Shown one piece after another: positions 19,118-28,625 of a stretch of 64,000 bases of DNA. Position 1 is the stretch's first letter. Every line of letters begins with the position of its first letter. Below the pieces are notes generated by a model. That model saw only the letters and a program-made list of their open reading frames with translations, searched no databases and was not told the origin of the DNA. Source of the stretch: Candidatus Kerfeldbacteria bacterium RIFCSPLOWO2_02_FULL_42_19 (GTDB lineage Bacteria > Patescibacteriota > Patescibacteriia > HO2-48-17); contig MHKF01000001.1 in the NCBI GenBank assembly GCA_001818315.1, forward strand, positions 2,869 through 66,868. Direction: 5' to 3'. The translations under genes and the position numbers were made by a program.

Positions 19118-20224
19118 ATGCTTTCTCTAGCGAGAAAAAATTTGTTGCACGAAAAACTTCGTTTCCTCATCAGCGTCGGCGGCGTGGCTTTTTCTGTCAT
19201 GCTTATTCTCATCATCCTCGCGTTATATCGCGGATGGAACGAAAAACTCGGCCGGTATGTTGAAGAAGTCGATGCGGATGTTTGGGTGTTGCAAAACGGC
19301 GCATCAGACATGTTCCATTCCACATCACTCTTTCCGGAAGCACTTCTCGACCAGATGAAGAAAGTTGAAGGTGTGGCGCGAGTTGATCCGCTGATTGGCA
19401 GGCGATTGCCAGTGGAAAAAAATGGCGTAGAGGCCATGATGATTATGATTGGATACAATACCGCAACCGGCGCGGGTGGCCCATTGGAAATCGTTGAAGG
19501 ATCAGCGCCAGAGGAGGACGAAATTATCATTGATAGAGCCATGGCGAAAAAACTCCGCGTCAAGGTCGGCGATGGACTGGATATTATCGGCAAAAAGTTT
19601 CGCATCAGCGGTATCAGTAGCGGCGGAAATGTTATAACATTTCAGTATGCGTTTATGCGAATAGAGAATGCGCGCGAATTTATGCAGATGACGAATTTGA
19701 CAAATTACGCGTTGGTATCGTTTGCTCAAGACGTTGATAAAAAAAATGTGACAGAGCGTTTAGAAGAAACACTCCCTGAAGTTGATGTCCTCACTAAATC
19801 CACTTTTGCCGACAACAACCGCAAACAGATCATGGAGGCCTTTGTGCCTATTATTCAAGTACTCGTCGTGATCGGATTTATTGTTGGTATGACTGTTATG
19901 AGTCTCACGATCTACACAGCAACGATCGAAAAAAGTCGCGAATATGGAATATTGAAAGCAATAGGTGCGAGAAACCGTCATCTCTACAGAATTATTTTTA
20001 CGCAAAGCGGTATCGCCGGAACCGTCGGTTCCGTGTTTGGAGTAGGATTAACGTTCGCGATGGCATACATTGTTGGTTATATCGAACCAAGTTTCGTAAC
20101 GTCTATTATTTGGTCCGATATCATCATGGTTTTTGGCATTACCTTACTCATGATCCTTTTTTCGGCTTTTATTCCAATTCGGCGTATTGCCGGTATTGAT
20201 CCTGCTATTGTTTTTAAGACATGA
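19118..20224 (+). CDS. ABC transporter permease (FtsX/MacB family)
   Basis: LARKNL...REYGILKAIGA...IDPAIVF. Confidence 0.9.
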   Translation: MLSLARKNLLHEKLRFLISVGGVAFSVMLILIILALYRGWNEKLGRYVEEVDADVWVLQNGASDMFHSTSLFPEALLDQMKKVEGVARVDPLIGRRLPVEKNGVEAMMIMIGYNTATGAGGPLEIVEGSAPEEDEIIIDRAMAKKLRVKVGDGLDIIGKKFRISGISSGGNVITFQYAFMRIENAREFMQMTNLTNYALVSFAQDVDKKNVTERLEETLPEVDVLTKSTFADNNRKQIMEAFVPIIQVLVVIGFIVGMTVMSLTIYTATIEKSREYGILKAIGARNRHLYRIIFTQSGIAGTVGSVFGVGLTFAMAYIVGYIEPSFVTSIIWSDIIMVFGITLLMILFSAFIPIRRIAGIDPAIVFKT

Positions 20225-21039
20225 AAATACTCTCTGTTAAAAAAGTACAAAAGATTTTTGGTTCCGGAGAAACGGCAGTCACAGCTGTGGATGATGTCTC
20301 GTTTGAGGTAAAAGCGCGTGAGATTCTCCTGATTATGGGACCTTCCGGATCCGGAAAGACGACGCTCCTTTCAATGATCGGAGGTTTACTTACCCCGACC
20401 GTCGGTTCTATTACGATCAATGGAACAGATATTACAAAAGTATCGCGGAAACAGCTTGCGAAAATACGTTTGCACGAAATCGGATTTGTTTTTCAGTCGT
20501 TTAATCTTTTGCAAAATCTGAGCGGTATGGAAAACGTGCAGTATGTTGGAGAGTTGGCAGGACAGGCATCAGCCGTAGCAAAACAAAAAGCAAGAGAACT
20601 TCTGATAAAACTTCATTTGGAAAACCGGATGCATGCGCTTCCGGCGCAGCTTTCGGGCGGTCAGCAGCAGCGCGTGTCCATTGCTCGTGCGCTCATGAAC
20701 GATCCGAGAATGATTCTTGCAGATGAACCCACAGGAAACCTTGATTCGCGATCCGGACACGAAGTCATGATGCTTTTCCATAACATTGCGAAGGAAGAAA
20801 ATCGGAGCGTTATCATTGTTTCACACGATCAGCGAATTAAGGATATTTCGGATCGGACATTGTGGATCGAAGATGGTCGTGTGCACACTGCACCACCTGA
20901 ACCACAAACGCTAGTACGCGATCCAGTGTGCGGTATGCGTCTGGATCCGCGTTATACGCCATTTGCCAAAATGAAAAACGGACGCGAATATAAATTTTGC
21001 TCAAAAGACTGTTTAGAAAAATTTATTCCAGAAAAATAA
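20221..21039 (+). CDS. ABC ATPase (LolD-like) with C-terminal YHS/TRASH domain
   Basis: GPSGSGKT, LSGGQ, ADEPT; tail RDPVCGM...YKFCSKDCLEKF. Confidence 0.92.
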   Translation: MKILSVKKVQKIFGSGETAVTAVDDVSFEVKAREILLIMGPSGSGKTTLLSMIGGLLTPTVGSITINGTDITKVSRKQLAKIRLHEIGFVFQSFNLLQNLSGMENVQYVGELAGQASAVAKQKARELLIKLHLENRMHALPAQLSGGQQQRVSIARALMNDPRMILADEPTGNLDSRSGHEVMMLFHNIAKEENRSVIIVSHDQRIKDISDRTLWIEDGRVHTAPPEPQTLVRDPVCGMRLDPRYTPFAKMKNGREYKFCSKDCLEKFIPEK

Positions 21040-21052
21040 ATTCCAACACCTT

Positions 21053-21727
21053 ATGCCGATCGAACTGCAGAGCATCATCAAAACTTACCGCATGGGGAGT
21101 GAAAACTTCAATGCACTTGATGGTATCACAGCTACGATAAAAGATGGGGAGTTTATCGCTATTATGGGACCTTCGGGATCCGGTAAATCCACGCTTGCGA
21201 ATATCATCGGTGGACTCGATACTCCGAGTAGTGGAAAGATTTTCGTCAATAAAGAAGACATCTCACGAGCATGGGATAGAGCGCTTTCCCATTATCGCAA
21301 CAAAAAAGTCGGTTTTGTGTTTCAGACCTTTAATCTTCAACCGCATTACACTGCGCTGGAAAATGTCATGTTACCGCTAATTTTTTCTAAAGTGAGGTTG
21401 CGTGCGAGAAAGAAAAAGGCAGTGGCATGCCTTGAAGCCGTGGGCTTAGGTGATCGAATGAAACATAAACCCGGTGAACTTTCCGGCGGTCAACGGCAAC
21501 GTGTAAGCATCGCGCGTTCTCTTGCGAATAATCCCGAAATTATCATCGCTGATGAACCGACGGGCAACTTGGATTCCAAGCGCAGCACCGAAATTATTGC
21601 GCTCCTCAAAAAACTTCGTGAGGAAAAAAATATCACCCTTATCATTATTACTCATGATATGAATATCGCGCATCAGGCTGACCGCGTTATATACATACAG
21701 GACGGTAAAATAAAAAAAGCACGATGA
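21053..21727 (+). CDS. ABC ATPase (LolD/MacB-like)
   Basis: GPSGSGKS, LSGGQRQR, ADEPTGNLD. Confidence 0.93.
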   Translation: MPIELQSIIKTYRMGSENFNALDGITATIKDGEFIAIMGPSGSGKSTLANIIGGLDTPSSGKIFVNKEDISRAWDRALSHYRNKKVGFVFQTFNLQPHYTALENVMLPLIFSKVRLRARKKKAVACLEAVGLGDRMKHKPGELSGGQRQRVSIARSLANNPEIIIADEPTGNLDSKRSTEIIALLKKLREEKNITLIIITHDMNIAHQADRVIYIQDGKIKKAR

Positions 21728-23148
21728 AATTTTTTGACTACATACGAATGGCTCTCGGTAATCTCTGGCGGCGTAAGTTGCGTTCGTTTCTAACGATCAT
21801 TGCCGTAGTTATAGGCGCTGTAGCAGTGCTCACACTCACGACGCTTGTTGTTACGGCTTCTTCGGTATTTATGAAACAGCTGGATGCAATGGGTATTTTG
21901 ACCCAGGTAACGGTCACGCCAAGCAATGTAGAAGTTCAAGGGCCTTTTGGAGGTGGGTTTATGGGTGATGGCGAGGAGGGAATAAAATTGGACGATACAA
22001 TCATTGAAAAGATAGAAAAAATTCCACATGTGGTGGCGGTGAGTGGACAAACATATGTCCGGGGATTCAAATCCGTGCGTCTCGAAGGCACAGAAAAAAA
22101 GTTTAGTGCTCAATTGCAAGCTAATCACGCAAACAAAGCCTCCGACGGAACTATGGTTGCAGGAAGAAATTTTCTACAAGGAGAAAAGAACAAAGTTATC
22201 ATAGGTCAGTGGTACGCAAAAAAATTTGGCTTTGAGGAAAAGAACATCGCAAATATTATTGGAAAAAAAGTTATTTTTACCACAGAAGAAGGTTTTTCCG
22301 GCTATGGCGTAGATCTGGCGCAACCGCCGCAGGAGGGAAATAATAAAGAATGGTGGGAAGAACAGAATAAAAAGACGTATGATATAGAGGCGGAAATTGT
22401 TGGAGTACTTATGTCCGGACCCGGAACCGACGGACCAGAAATATATATCACCATGGACTGGGCGCATGACATTATGATACGCCGCTGGTGGGAAGCAGAT
22501 GGAGAAGCGGGAAAGGAACAGGAAAAAAAGGGAATATACGAACCTTGGCCAATGATAATCGTTACGGAGGATGAACTCGATAAACGCGGTTACGGGATGC
22601 TTATAGTCCGCGCTGACAGTACACAAACCGTAGTAGGCGTTGCGAGTGACATTGAAAAGCTTGAAAATTTGGGTCTAGGCACAATTACCCCACAGGATAT
22701 GTTGGATGAACTCCAGAAAATTTTTACGGTACTCGGAGTGATACTTACTGCTATAGGTGGCATTTCTCTTGCAGTCGCATCACTCGGAATTATTAATACC
22801 ATGGTGATGGCGACGTATGAACGCACGCGGGAAATAGGGGTGATGCGCGCCTGTGGAGCGCGAAGGAGTACGATTCGCAACCTCTTCACTATGGAAGCAA
22901 GTCTCATCGGATTTTTGGGTGGGATGATAGGCGTGGGGATTTTGTTTGGGATGGTAAAGATTGGAAATATTTACGGCAATCAATTTTTGGAGGAACAGAA
23001 TATACCACTACAGAATATCATTGACCCGCCACTTTGGTTAACCCTCGGTGTGATCGGATTCACGACCATCATCGGAACGATTGCGGGTCTCTATCCTGCC
23101 TTTCGCGCGGCACGGCTGAACCCGGTGGATGCTTTACGGCATGAGTAA
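21724..23148 (+). CDS. ABC transporter permease (MacB family)
   Basis: RRKLRSFLT, ERTREIGVMRACGA, PAFRAARLNPVDALR. Confidence 0.92.
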   Translation: MKFFDYIRMALGNLWRRKLRSFLTIIAVVIGAVAVLTLTTLVVTASSVFMKQLDAMGILTQVTVTPSNVEVQGPFGGGFMGDGEEGIKLDDTIIEKIEKIPHVVAVSGQTYVRGFKSVRLEGTEKKFSAQLQANHANKASDGTMVAGRNFLQGEKNKVIIGQWYAKKFGFEEKNIANIIGKKVIFTTEEGFSGYGVDLAQPPQEGNNKEWWEEQNKKTYDIEAEIVGVLMSGPGTDGPEIYITMDWAHDIMIRRWWEADGEAGKEQEKKGIYEPWPMIIVTEDELDKRGYGMLIVRADSTQTVVGVASDIEKLENLGLGTITPQDMLDELQKIFTVLGVILTAIGGISLAVASLGIINTMVMATYERTREIGVMRACGARRSTIRNLFTMEASLIGFLGGMIGVGILFGMVKIGNIYGNQFLEEQNIPLQNIIDPPLWLTLGVIGFTTIIGTIAGLYPAFRAARLNPVDALRHE

Positions 23149-23218
23149 GACGTCAAAATATCTATAAACTCCCTCACGAACCTTAATACATATCGAAAGC
23201 TACTTCATCGCAGCGAGT

Positions 23219-24505
23219 CTATTTTTTATCGCGGATAGCGTAGAGGTAGCCATCGTCAGAAGTAAAATAGAGAGTTCCATCGGCGCCGAGTGCCGGCGCA
23301 GCTTCACTAATACCGCCACCGGTTTTATAGCGCCATACAAGTTCACCTTTTTTATTGATCGCATACATATATCTATCGAGCGATCCCATGTATACAACGC
23401 CGTCTTTATCAACGACTGGGAAACTCGGAAGACCAAATTTGTCGGTTTCATCAGGATCAGCGCCGGTCTGATAGGTCCATTTGACGGTTTGCGTATCCGG
23501 ATTGACCGCAGAAATAACGCCATCGGAATTACCAATATAGATCGTTCCATCTGCGGCAACAGCAGGAGTGATGATACCCGCAACATCATCTGAGGCAAAG
23601 AGACGCTGTAAATCTTCTCCATCGTCGCCGCCGGGAGGTGTACCGTCGCCATTATCATCTGAGTCATCATCACCGCCTCCTGTATCTGGTCCCATTTTCC
23701 ATTTCAGTTCACCAGAGGCTTTCATTGCAAAGAGTGCAGGTGCAGCAGGAAAATAAAGCACTCCATCCACATTAATAGCAGGTGAACCTACACGTGTCTG
23801 TTCTGTATCATATTTCCATTTGAGTTTTCCTTTTGAGGTGAGTGCGTAAATATTGCTATCCGGCCCAGCGTGCGCATCTCCGCCACCAAAGAAAATAACA
23901 TTATCTTTGTTAATACTAGCGGGATAGGAAAGTGCGCCATCTGTTTTGTATTTCCATTTGAGTTTTCCGTTTGGTTTGACAGCATACAGATAGCCATCCC
24001 AACTGCCTTGATAAATCACTTCATCCGGACCAATAGTCGGGCCAAAGAGAGCTTTATCTTTCATTTTGATTTGCCATTGCTTTTTTCCATTATCCGCGTG
24101 CAAGGCAAAGAGCGCATTCTCGCCGGCGAAATAAAGCATTTTTCCGTCAGCTGATAAAGCCGGTCCCTGGACATTGGTATATTTTTTAGACCATTTGAGT
24201 TTGCCATTACTTTTGAGCGCAAGAATTTTTTCTGGACTGCCAACAAAAATAGTTCCATCCGCAGCGACAGCAGCACTATTCGGTGGGGCTGAATTTTTTT
24301 CTCCACTCCCAGCTTTAAATTTCCACAGCAGTTTTCCATCGCGAGGTCCTTTCACCGCAACATATCCGCTGTGATCATAATTGCCATGGAACATGGGCCA
24401 CGGATGATCGCTTTTTGGTTTCCATCCAAAAGCCGCATTTGCAAACACGATACCGATAAACGTAAGACCTAAAACAAAAAGAGGGAAGAGACGTTTGTGA
24501 GGCAT
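23219..24505 (-). CDS. Secreted PQQ-like (BamB-type) beta-propeller repeat protein
   Basis: Signal peptide, WPMFHG, repeated DG-LYA...GKLKW blades. Confidence 0.9.
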   Translation of the reverse strand: MPHKRLFPLFVLGLTFIGIVFANAAFGWKPKSDHPWPMFHGNYDHSGYVAVKGPRDGKLLWKFKAGSGEKNSAPPNSAAVAADGTIFVGSPEKILALKSNGKLKWSKKYTNVQGPALSADGKMLYFAGENALFALHADNGKKQWQIKMKDKALFGPTIGPDEVIYQGSWDGYLYAVKPNGKLKWKYKTDGALSYPASINKDNVIFFGGGDAHAGPDSNIYALTSKGKLKWKYDTEQTRVGSPAINVDGVLYFPAAPALFAMKASGELKWKMGPDTGGGDDDSDDNGDGTPPGGDDGEDLQRLFASDDVAGIITPAVAADGTIYIGNSDGVISAVNPDTQTVKWTYQTGADPDETDKFGLPSFPVVDKDGVVYMGSLDRYMYAINKKGELVWRYKTGGGISEAAPALGADGTLYFTSDDGYLYAIRDKK

Positions 24506-24770
24506 AATTTTGTTTGTATGGAATTTAATCTTTTATGAGTATAGCAAAGTCCAGAGCCAACGGTCACGAGAGTGTCTCGCAGAATGTTATTTTTTCGCTT
24601 AAAAGAGAAAAAATAGGGGCACCTTGAGGTATCCTTCTACAGTAGTTTAGTGATTGTTGTTGATGTGAATAAAAGATTCGAGCCAAATCTCTATCATTTC
24701 ATAAAGTGAGTGATTTCTCAATCTATTAGATTTGCGGAGTAAAAAATTTCTGTGTATAATAGAAAAAACT

Positions 24771-25043
24771 ATGATAAACACAATTGCGAAAAACTTAAAT
24801 CTTAAAAATTTTTGTATGATGGGATTCAATACCTTTGGATGGGGTTTTGGCGGCGGCTTTATGATGTTATTTGTTTGGTTGATTGGAATTTTTCTCGTAG
24901 TGCTCGTAGTGAAACTTTTAGTCACAAATGGCAAGTGTCAATCGCATACCCACGCCGAAGAGATTTTAAAAGAACGTTACGCAAAAGGGGAAATGACAAA
25001 AAAAGAATTCGATGAAAAAATTCGTGGCATACGAGGAGAGTAA
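24771..25043 (+). CDS. SHOCT-domain membrane protein
   Basis: MMGF...GWGFGGG TM then AEEILKERYAKGEMTKKEF. Confidence 0.85.
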   Translation: MINTIAKNLNLKNFCMMGFNTFGWGFGGGFMMLFVWLIGIFLVVLVVKLLVTNGKCQSHTHAEEILKERYAKGEMTKKEFDEKIRGIRGE

Positions 25044-25127
25044 AACGAAAAGAGATACATCGCGGGAAAGTGAATGCTAAAGTTATTTCGCATTTAAATC
25101 TGGCGCACAAGTTTGAACGCGAAAATT

Positions 25128-26438
25128 CTAAAGGTACCTCAAATAAACGTAAACCGTACTTAACAACAGCGCTACGACCGTCATAGGCACGGCAATTTTA
25201 AGATATTCGACGAATCCAATTTTGTGACCTTCACGAGCTGCAATGCCACTGACTATAACATTAGCTGAAGCACCTACGAGAGTTGCATTACCACCAATGT
25301 CAGCGCCGAGCGCAAGCGCCCACCAGAGCGGAAGAATACTGATACCCGAAAGAACGCCGATATCTTGAATCAAAGGAATCATTGTTGCGACAAAAGGTAT
25401 ATTATCAACTATTGCAGAAAATATACCTGAGCCCCAGAGAATAATGATAGTCAAAATTTTGACATCACCGCCAGTCATTTTCAGTACGCTTTCAGCTAAA
25501 ATGCGGATGGCACCAATATGTTCAAGTCCAGCGACAAGCACGAACAGGCCAACAAAGAAGAAAATCGTCGTCCACTCAACATTGCGGAGGTGTTCTTCGG
25601 GGTCATTAAGTGTGAGTAGGAGAAGCAGAGCAGCGCCGGCTAAAGCGATCGTTGCTGCTTCAATGTGAATCATACTGTGCGTAAAGAAACCAAGTAACAC
25701 GATCCCAATGACTATGAGAGATTTTATAAGGAGCGGGACATTCGTAATAGCCTCGCGCGGTTTGAAACGTGTAATCGAAACTCGCGCCTCTGCTGTTGCT
25801 ACGAGAGTTTTACGGAACCAAAGATAGAGGAGAAAAAGAGTCACAACAAAGATTACTATGATGATCGGCATTAAATTGATAAGAAAGTCATTAAAAGAAA
25901 GTCCTGCGGCACTTCCAATCAAAATATTTGGCGGGTCACCAATGAGGGTTGCAGTTCCGCCGATATTCGATAAAAGAATAGTACCAACAATAAAAGGCTT
26001 AGGGTTAAGATTCAAGTTATTTGCAACTACAAAAGTGACGGGCAACAGAAGCAGTACGGTTGTGACATTATCAAGGAATGCAGAAAACAGTGCAACAATA
26101 CCGCCAAGCAAAATAAAAATAGGGATTGGTTTCCCTCGACCGATTTTCGATGCAAGTATCGCAACGTATTGAAACATCCCACAATCTTTAGCAATCGTGA
26201 CAATAATCATCATACCAATCAGCAACCCCAGTGTGTTAAAATCTATACCTTCAATGGCCTGCTCTTGCGTCAGCACACCGAGCAGGATCATGAGGAGCGC
26301 ACCAGCAAGCGCTATAACCGTACGATGTATTTTTTCAGAAATGATAATCACGTAAGTCGCCAGGAAAATTCCAAGAGTAGCATAAAATAAAAAATTCAAT
26401 TGCGGTTCCATATTGATAGTGTTAGGAGATAATAACAA
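25128..26438 (-). CDS. ArsB/NhaD-family (IT superfamily) ion transporter
   Basis: SAFLDNVTT, SNIGGTATLIGDPPN, SAIVDNIP, GGNATLVGASAN. Confidence 0.9.
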   Translation of the reverse strand: MLLSPNTINMEPQLNFLFYATLGIFLATYVIIISEKIHRTVIALAGALLMILLGVLTQEQAIEGIDFNTLGLLIGMMIIVTIAKDCGMFQYVAILASKIGRGKPIPIFILLGGIVALFSAFLDNVTTVLLLLPVTFVVANNLNLNPKPFIVGTILLSNIGGTATLIGDPPNILIGSAAGLSFNDFLINLMPIIIVIFVVTLFLLYLWFRKTLVATAEARVSITRFKPREAITNVPLLIKSLIVIGIVLLGFFTHSMIHIEAATIALAGAALLLLLTLNDPEEHLRNVEWTTIFFFVGLFVLVAGLEHIGAIRILAESVLKMTGGDVKILTIIILWGSGIFSAIVDNIPFVATMIPLIQDIGVLSGISILPLWWALALGADIGGNATLVGASANVIVSGIAAREGHKIGFVEYLKIAVPMTVVALLLSTVYVYLRYL

Positions 26439-26915
26439 TTAATCCTCCGTGAGACCTAAAACCTCTCCCATAGCCCGTTTGATATCGGTACGATTGATAT
26501 AACCTATTAGGATGCCGTCTTGATCGACAACAGGCAGTTGCCGGATATGAAATTCAGAGAGAAGTGTAGCAGCCTCAATCAACGTATGATCGGGTTTTAT
26601 TGTGTGAACGCGACTCGTCATACATTCTGCAATAGAATGATTCGCAATATCGCGGACACGCTTTTCAAACATTTTTCCAGATTCAAAGGTCGCGAGGTGC
26701 TTATCTTCCTCTAAATAATCCGGAACGACGTATTCAATGATATCCCAGCTCGAAAGGATCCCTACGACTTTTTTATTTTTATCTACAATGACAAGACCGT
26801 TGGTTTTGTGTCGCAGCATCTTTTGAATTGCATCCGCAATCGTTGCATCTTCGTGAAGTGTTGTGACTTTTGTGCTCATAAATTCCTCAACCCGATACTG
26901 TTTTTTTTCTGGCAT
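26439..26915 (-). CDS. CBS-domain protein
   Basis: Tandem CBS repeats (VVGILS..DI; LPVVD..G.LIG.I...DI). Confidence 0.9.
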   Translation of the reverse strand: MPEKKQYRVEEFMSTKVTTLHEDATIADAIQKMLRHKTNGLVIVDKNKKVVGILSSWDIIEYVVPDYLEEDKHLATFESGKMFEKRVRDIANHSIAECMTSRVHTIKPDHTLIEAATLLSEFHIRQLPVVDQDGILIGYINRTDIKRAMGEVLGLTED

Positions 26916-27101
26916 AGAATTTTAAAGGGTTACAAATAAATGGCATGTAGAATCGCATGAACATGATTATTATAGTTAATGTGATACAAAAATTCAAGCA
27001 AATTGAATATGAGAGTATAATAGAAAAAGGAAGTGTAAAAATCATTAGAGGATCAAAAGTATAACGCTTAAAAGCCCTGAAATAAAAAAATATACACTTT
27101 T

Positions 27102-27362
27102 ATGCAACGAAGTCATCCGCACACGCCAGTGTTAGACTATCATCTCATCACAGCCGGCATTTATATCGGTACCAATCAATATTGCCAAACACATTTTGAT
27201 AAAAGACTCGCAAAGGAGGGTATAACCGCTGATATTTCTTTAGAGGAGGAGAGACTCGATGCGCCATTCGGTGTAGATTTTTTTATTTAGATTCCAGTGC
27301 AGGATCATAAAGCTCCAGAACCTGATCAACTTGAGTTTGGTGTTATGGCTCTTAAAAAGTAA
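27102..27362 (+). pseudogene. Dual-specificity phosphatase-like remnant
   Basis: IYIGT...ADISLE...FFI*IPVQDHKAPEPDQLEFGV..KK*; internal TAG, ends before the HCxxGxxR loop. Confidence 0.7.
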
Positions 27363-27445
27363 GACGTCATATTTGTTTCTGACATGAAGGGCAATGCCGT
27401 ACTTTTTATTGCAATTTTTTATTTGAAAAATTCGAACTTACAATA

Positions 27446-27522
27446 TGGCGGGGCCGAAGGGACTCGAACCCTCGACTTCCTGCGTGACAGGCAGGCGCTC
27501 TAACCAACTGAGCTACGACCCC
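27446..27522 (-). tRNA. tRNA-Asp(GTC)
   Basis: Reverse complement GGGGTCG...CCTGC-CTGTCAC-GCAGG...GGTTCGAGTCC...CGGCCCC-G-CCA. Confidence 0.97.
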
Positions 27523-27616
27523 CATATGTAGTTTCAATGCCCATGCTTTGTCGATTGTACTATGATATACTGCAGTTGTAAAGAAAAATTTTGAAAAAAT
27601 TACTCCCGCTATCACT

Positions 27617-27922
27617 ATGAAAATCGCAGTGCCGCAAAATTTGTCGGTTAATGTACGAACACTCATGCAACGAGCGGGGTATCACGTGTTTCGAGATCCG
27701 AATACGTTGAACGATAGTTTTGTAATGCGCTTAGGAAGAAGTTTTTATCCTCGGTATCACGTGTATCTTCACACTACCGAGCGTGGCCCGCTGCTTGATA
27801 TACATTTCGATATGAAGCGGGCGAGTTACCAAGGACAACGAGCGCATAGTGGAATCTACGAAGGGGCAGATATCGAGGAAGAAGTAGCACGGCTCAAACG
27901 CTGGATCGCTTATTTTCACTAG
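27617..27922 (+). CDS. Hypothetical protein
   Basis: Clean ORF with YPRYHVY...HFD...H motif resembling proteins common in CPR genomes (recollection). Confidence 0.7.
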   Translation: MKIAVPQNLSVNVRTLMQRAGYHVFRDPNTLNDSFVMRLGRSFYPRYHVYLHTTERGPLLDIHFDMKRASYQGQRAHSGIYEGADIEEEVARLKRWIAYFH

Positions 27923-28063
27923 AGAATATAAAAAAAGAGAAAGAAAACGACATGTGATCAAATGTGACAGTTAAGAATAATTTTTTTTGGACAACTGACA
28001 GTGAATGAAAAAGGTTGCAAAATTTTTAAAAAATTGCTATAATAAAAATGTAAAAATTAAAAT

Positions 28064-28414
28064 ATGGCTATGCTTCCACCACTTTTAGAAAGTTTTATAA
28101 ACGACCTCCTTGTCGAAGCGCATCTCGAAAGTATGCCTGATGACGTCAAAGAAGCGTATACAATCAAAGTTGCCGAAGCGATAGAAAAACGCCTTGGTTT
28201 GGAATCCCTCAAAGTTTTACAAAAAAAAGATATACAGGAAATGAATCAACGCATGACAGATGGAAAGCTCGCAGATAGTGAAGCAATGTTTGCTTTTTTT
28301 CAAGAAAAAATTTCTGATTTTGATGCGTTCCTCGCACGAATTTTGCTTGAATTCCGTAAAGATTTCGTTCAAAGTGCGCAGCAAGCGCGTAATATTCAAA
28401 AAACTTCTTCTTAA
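28064..28414 (+). CDS. Hypothetical helical protein (DUF5663-like)
   Basis: Promoter-like TTGCAA...TATAAT upstream; acidic helical ORF. Confidence 0.7.
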   Translation: MAMLPPLLESFINDLLVEAHLESMPDDVKEAYTIKVAEAIEKRLGLESLKVLQKKDIQEMNQRMTDGKLADSEAMFAFFQEKISDFDAFLARILLEFRKDFVQSAQQARNIQKTSS

Positions 28415-28426
28415 GTTTAGGTTGCT

Positions 28427-28621
28427 ATGGCAGGCGGAACACTTTCTCAAGAGCAGAGAACACGACTTGCTCAGACGCTGATACGTATGAGTCAAGCTTT
28501 TTTACGATATAGACAAGCTATTATGCAGCTTGGAAAGGAATATTTAGCGCTACTTCGAAACATACAGCAACATCAAGAGCAACAAAAAATTCAAAAAATA
28601 CTTGAGGAAATAAAAAAATAA
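28427..28621 (+). CDS. Small coiled-coil hypothetical protein
   Basis: Tightly packed between 28414 and 28626 on the same strand. Confidence 0.6.
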   Translation: MAGGTLSQEQRTRLAQTLIRMSQAFLRYRQAIMQLGKEYLALLRNIQQHQEQQKIQKILEEIKK

Positions 28622-28625
28622 AATT

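Noticed and set aside
4572-27522. att direct repeats of the tRNA-Thr, Trp or Asp 3' ends bounding islands
   Set aside because: No duplicated tRNA 3' segment was found by eye; island borders are inferred from gene content only.
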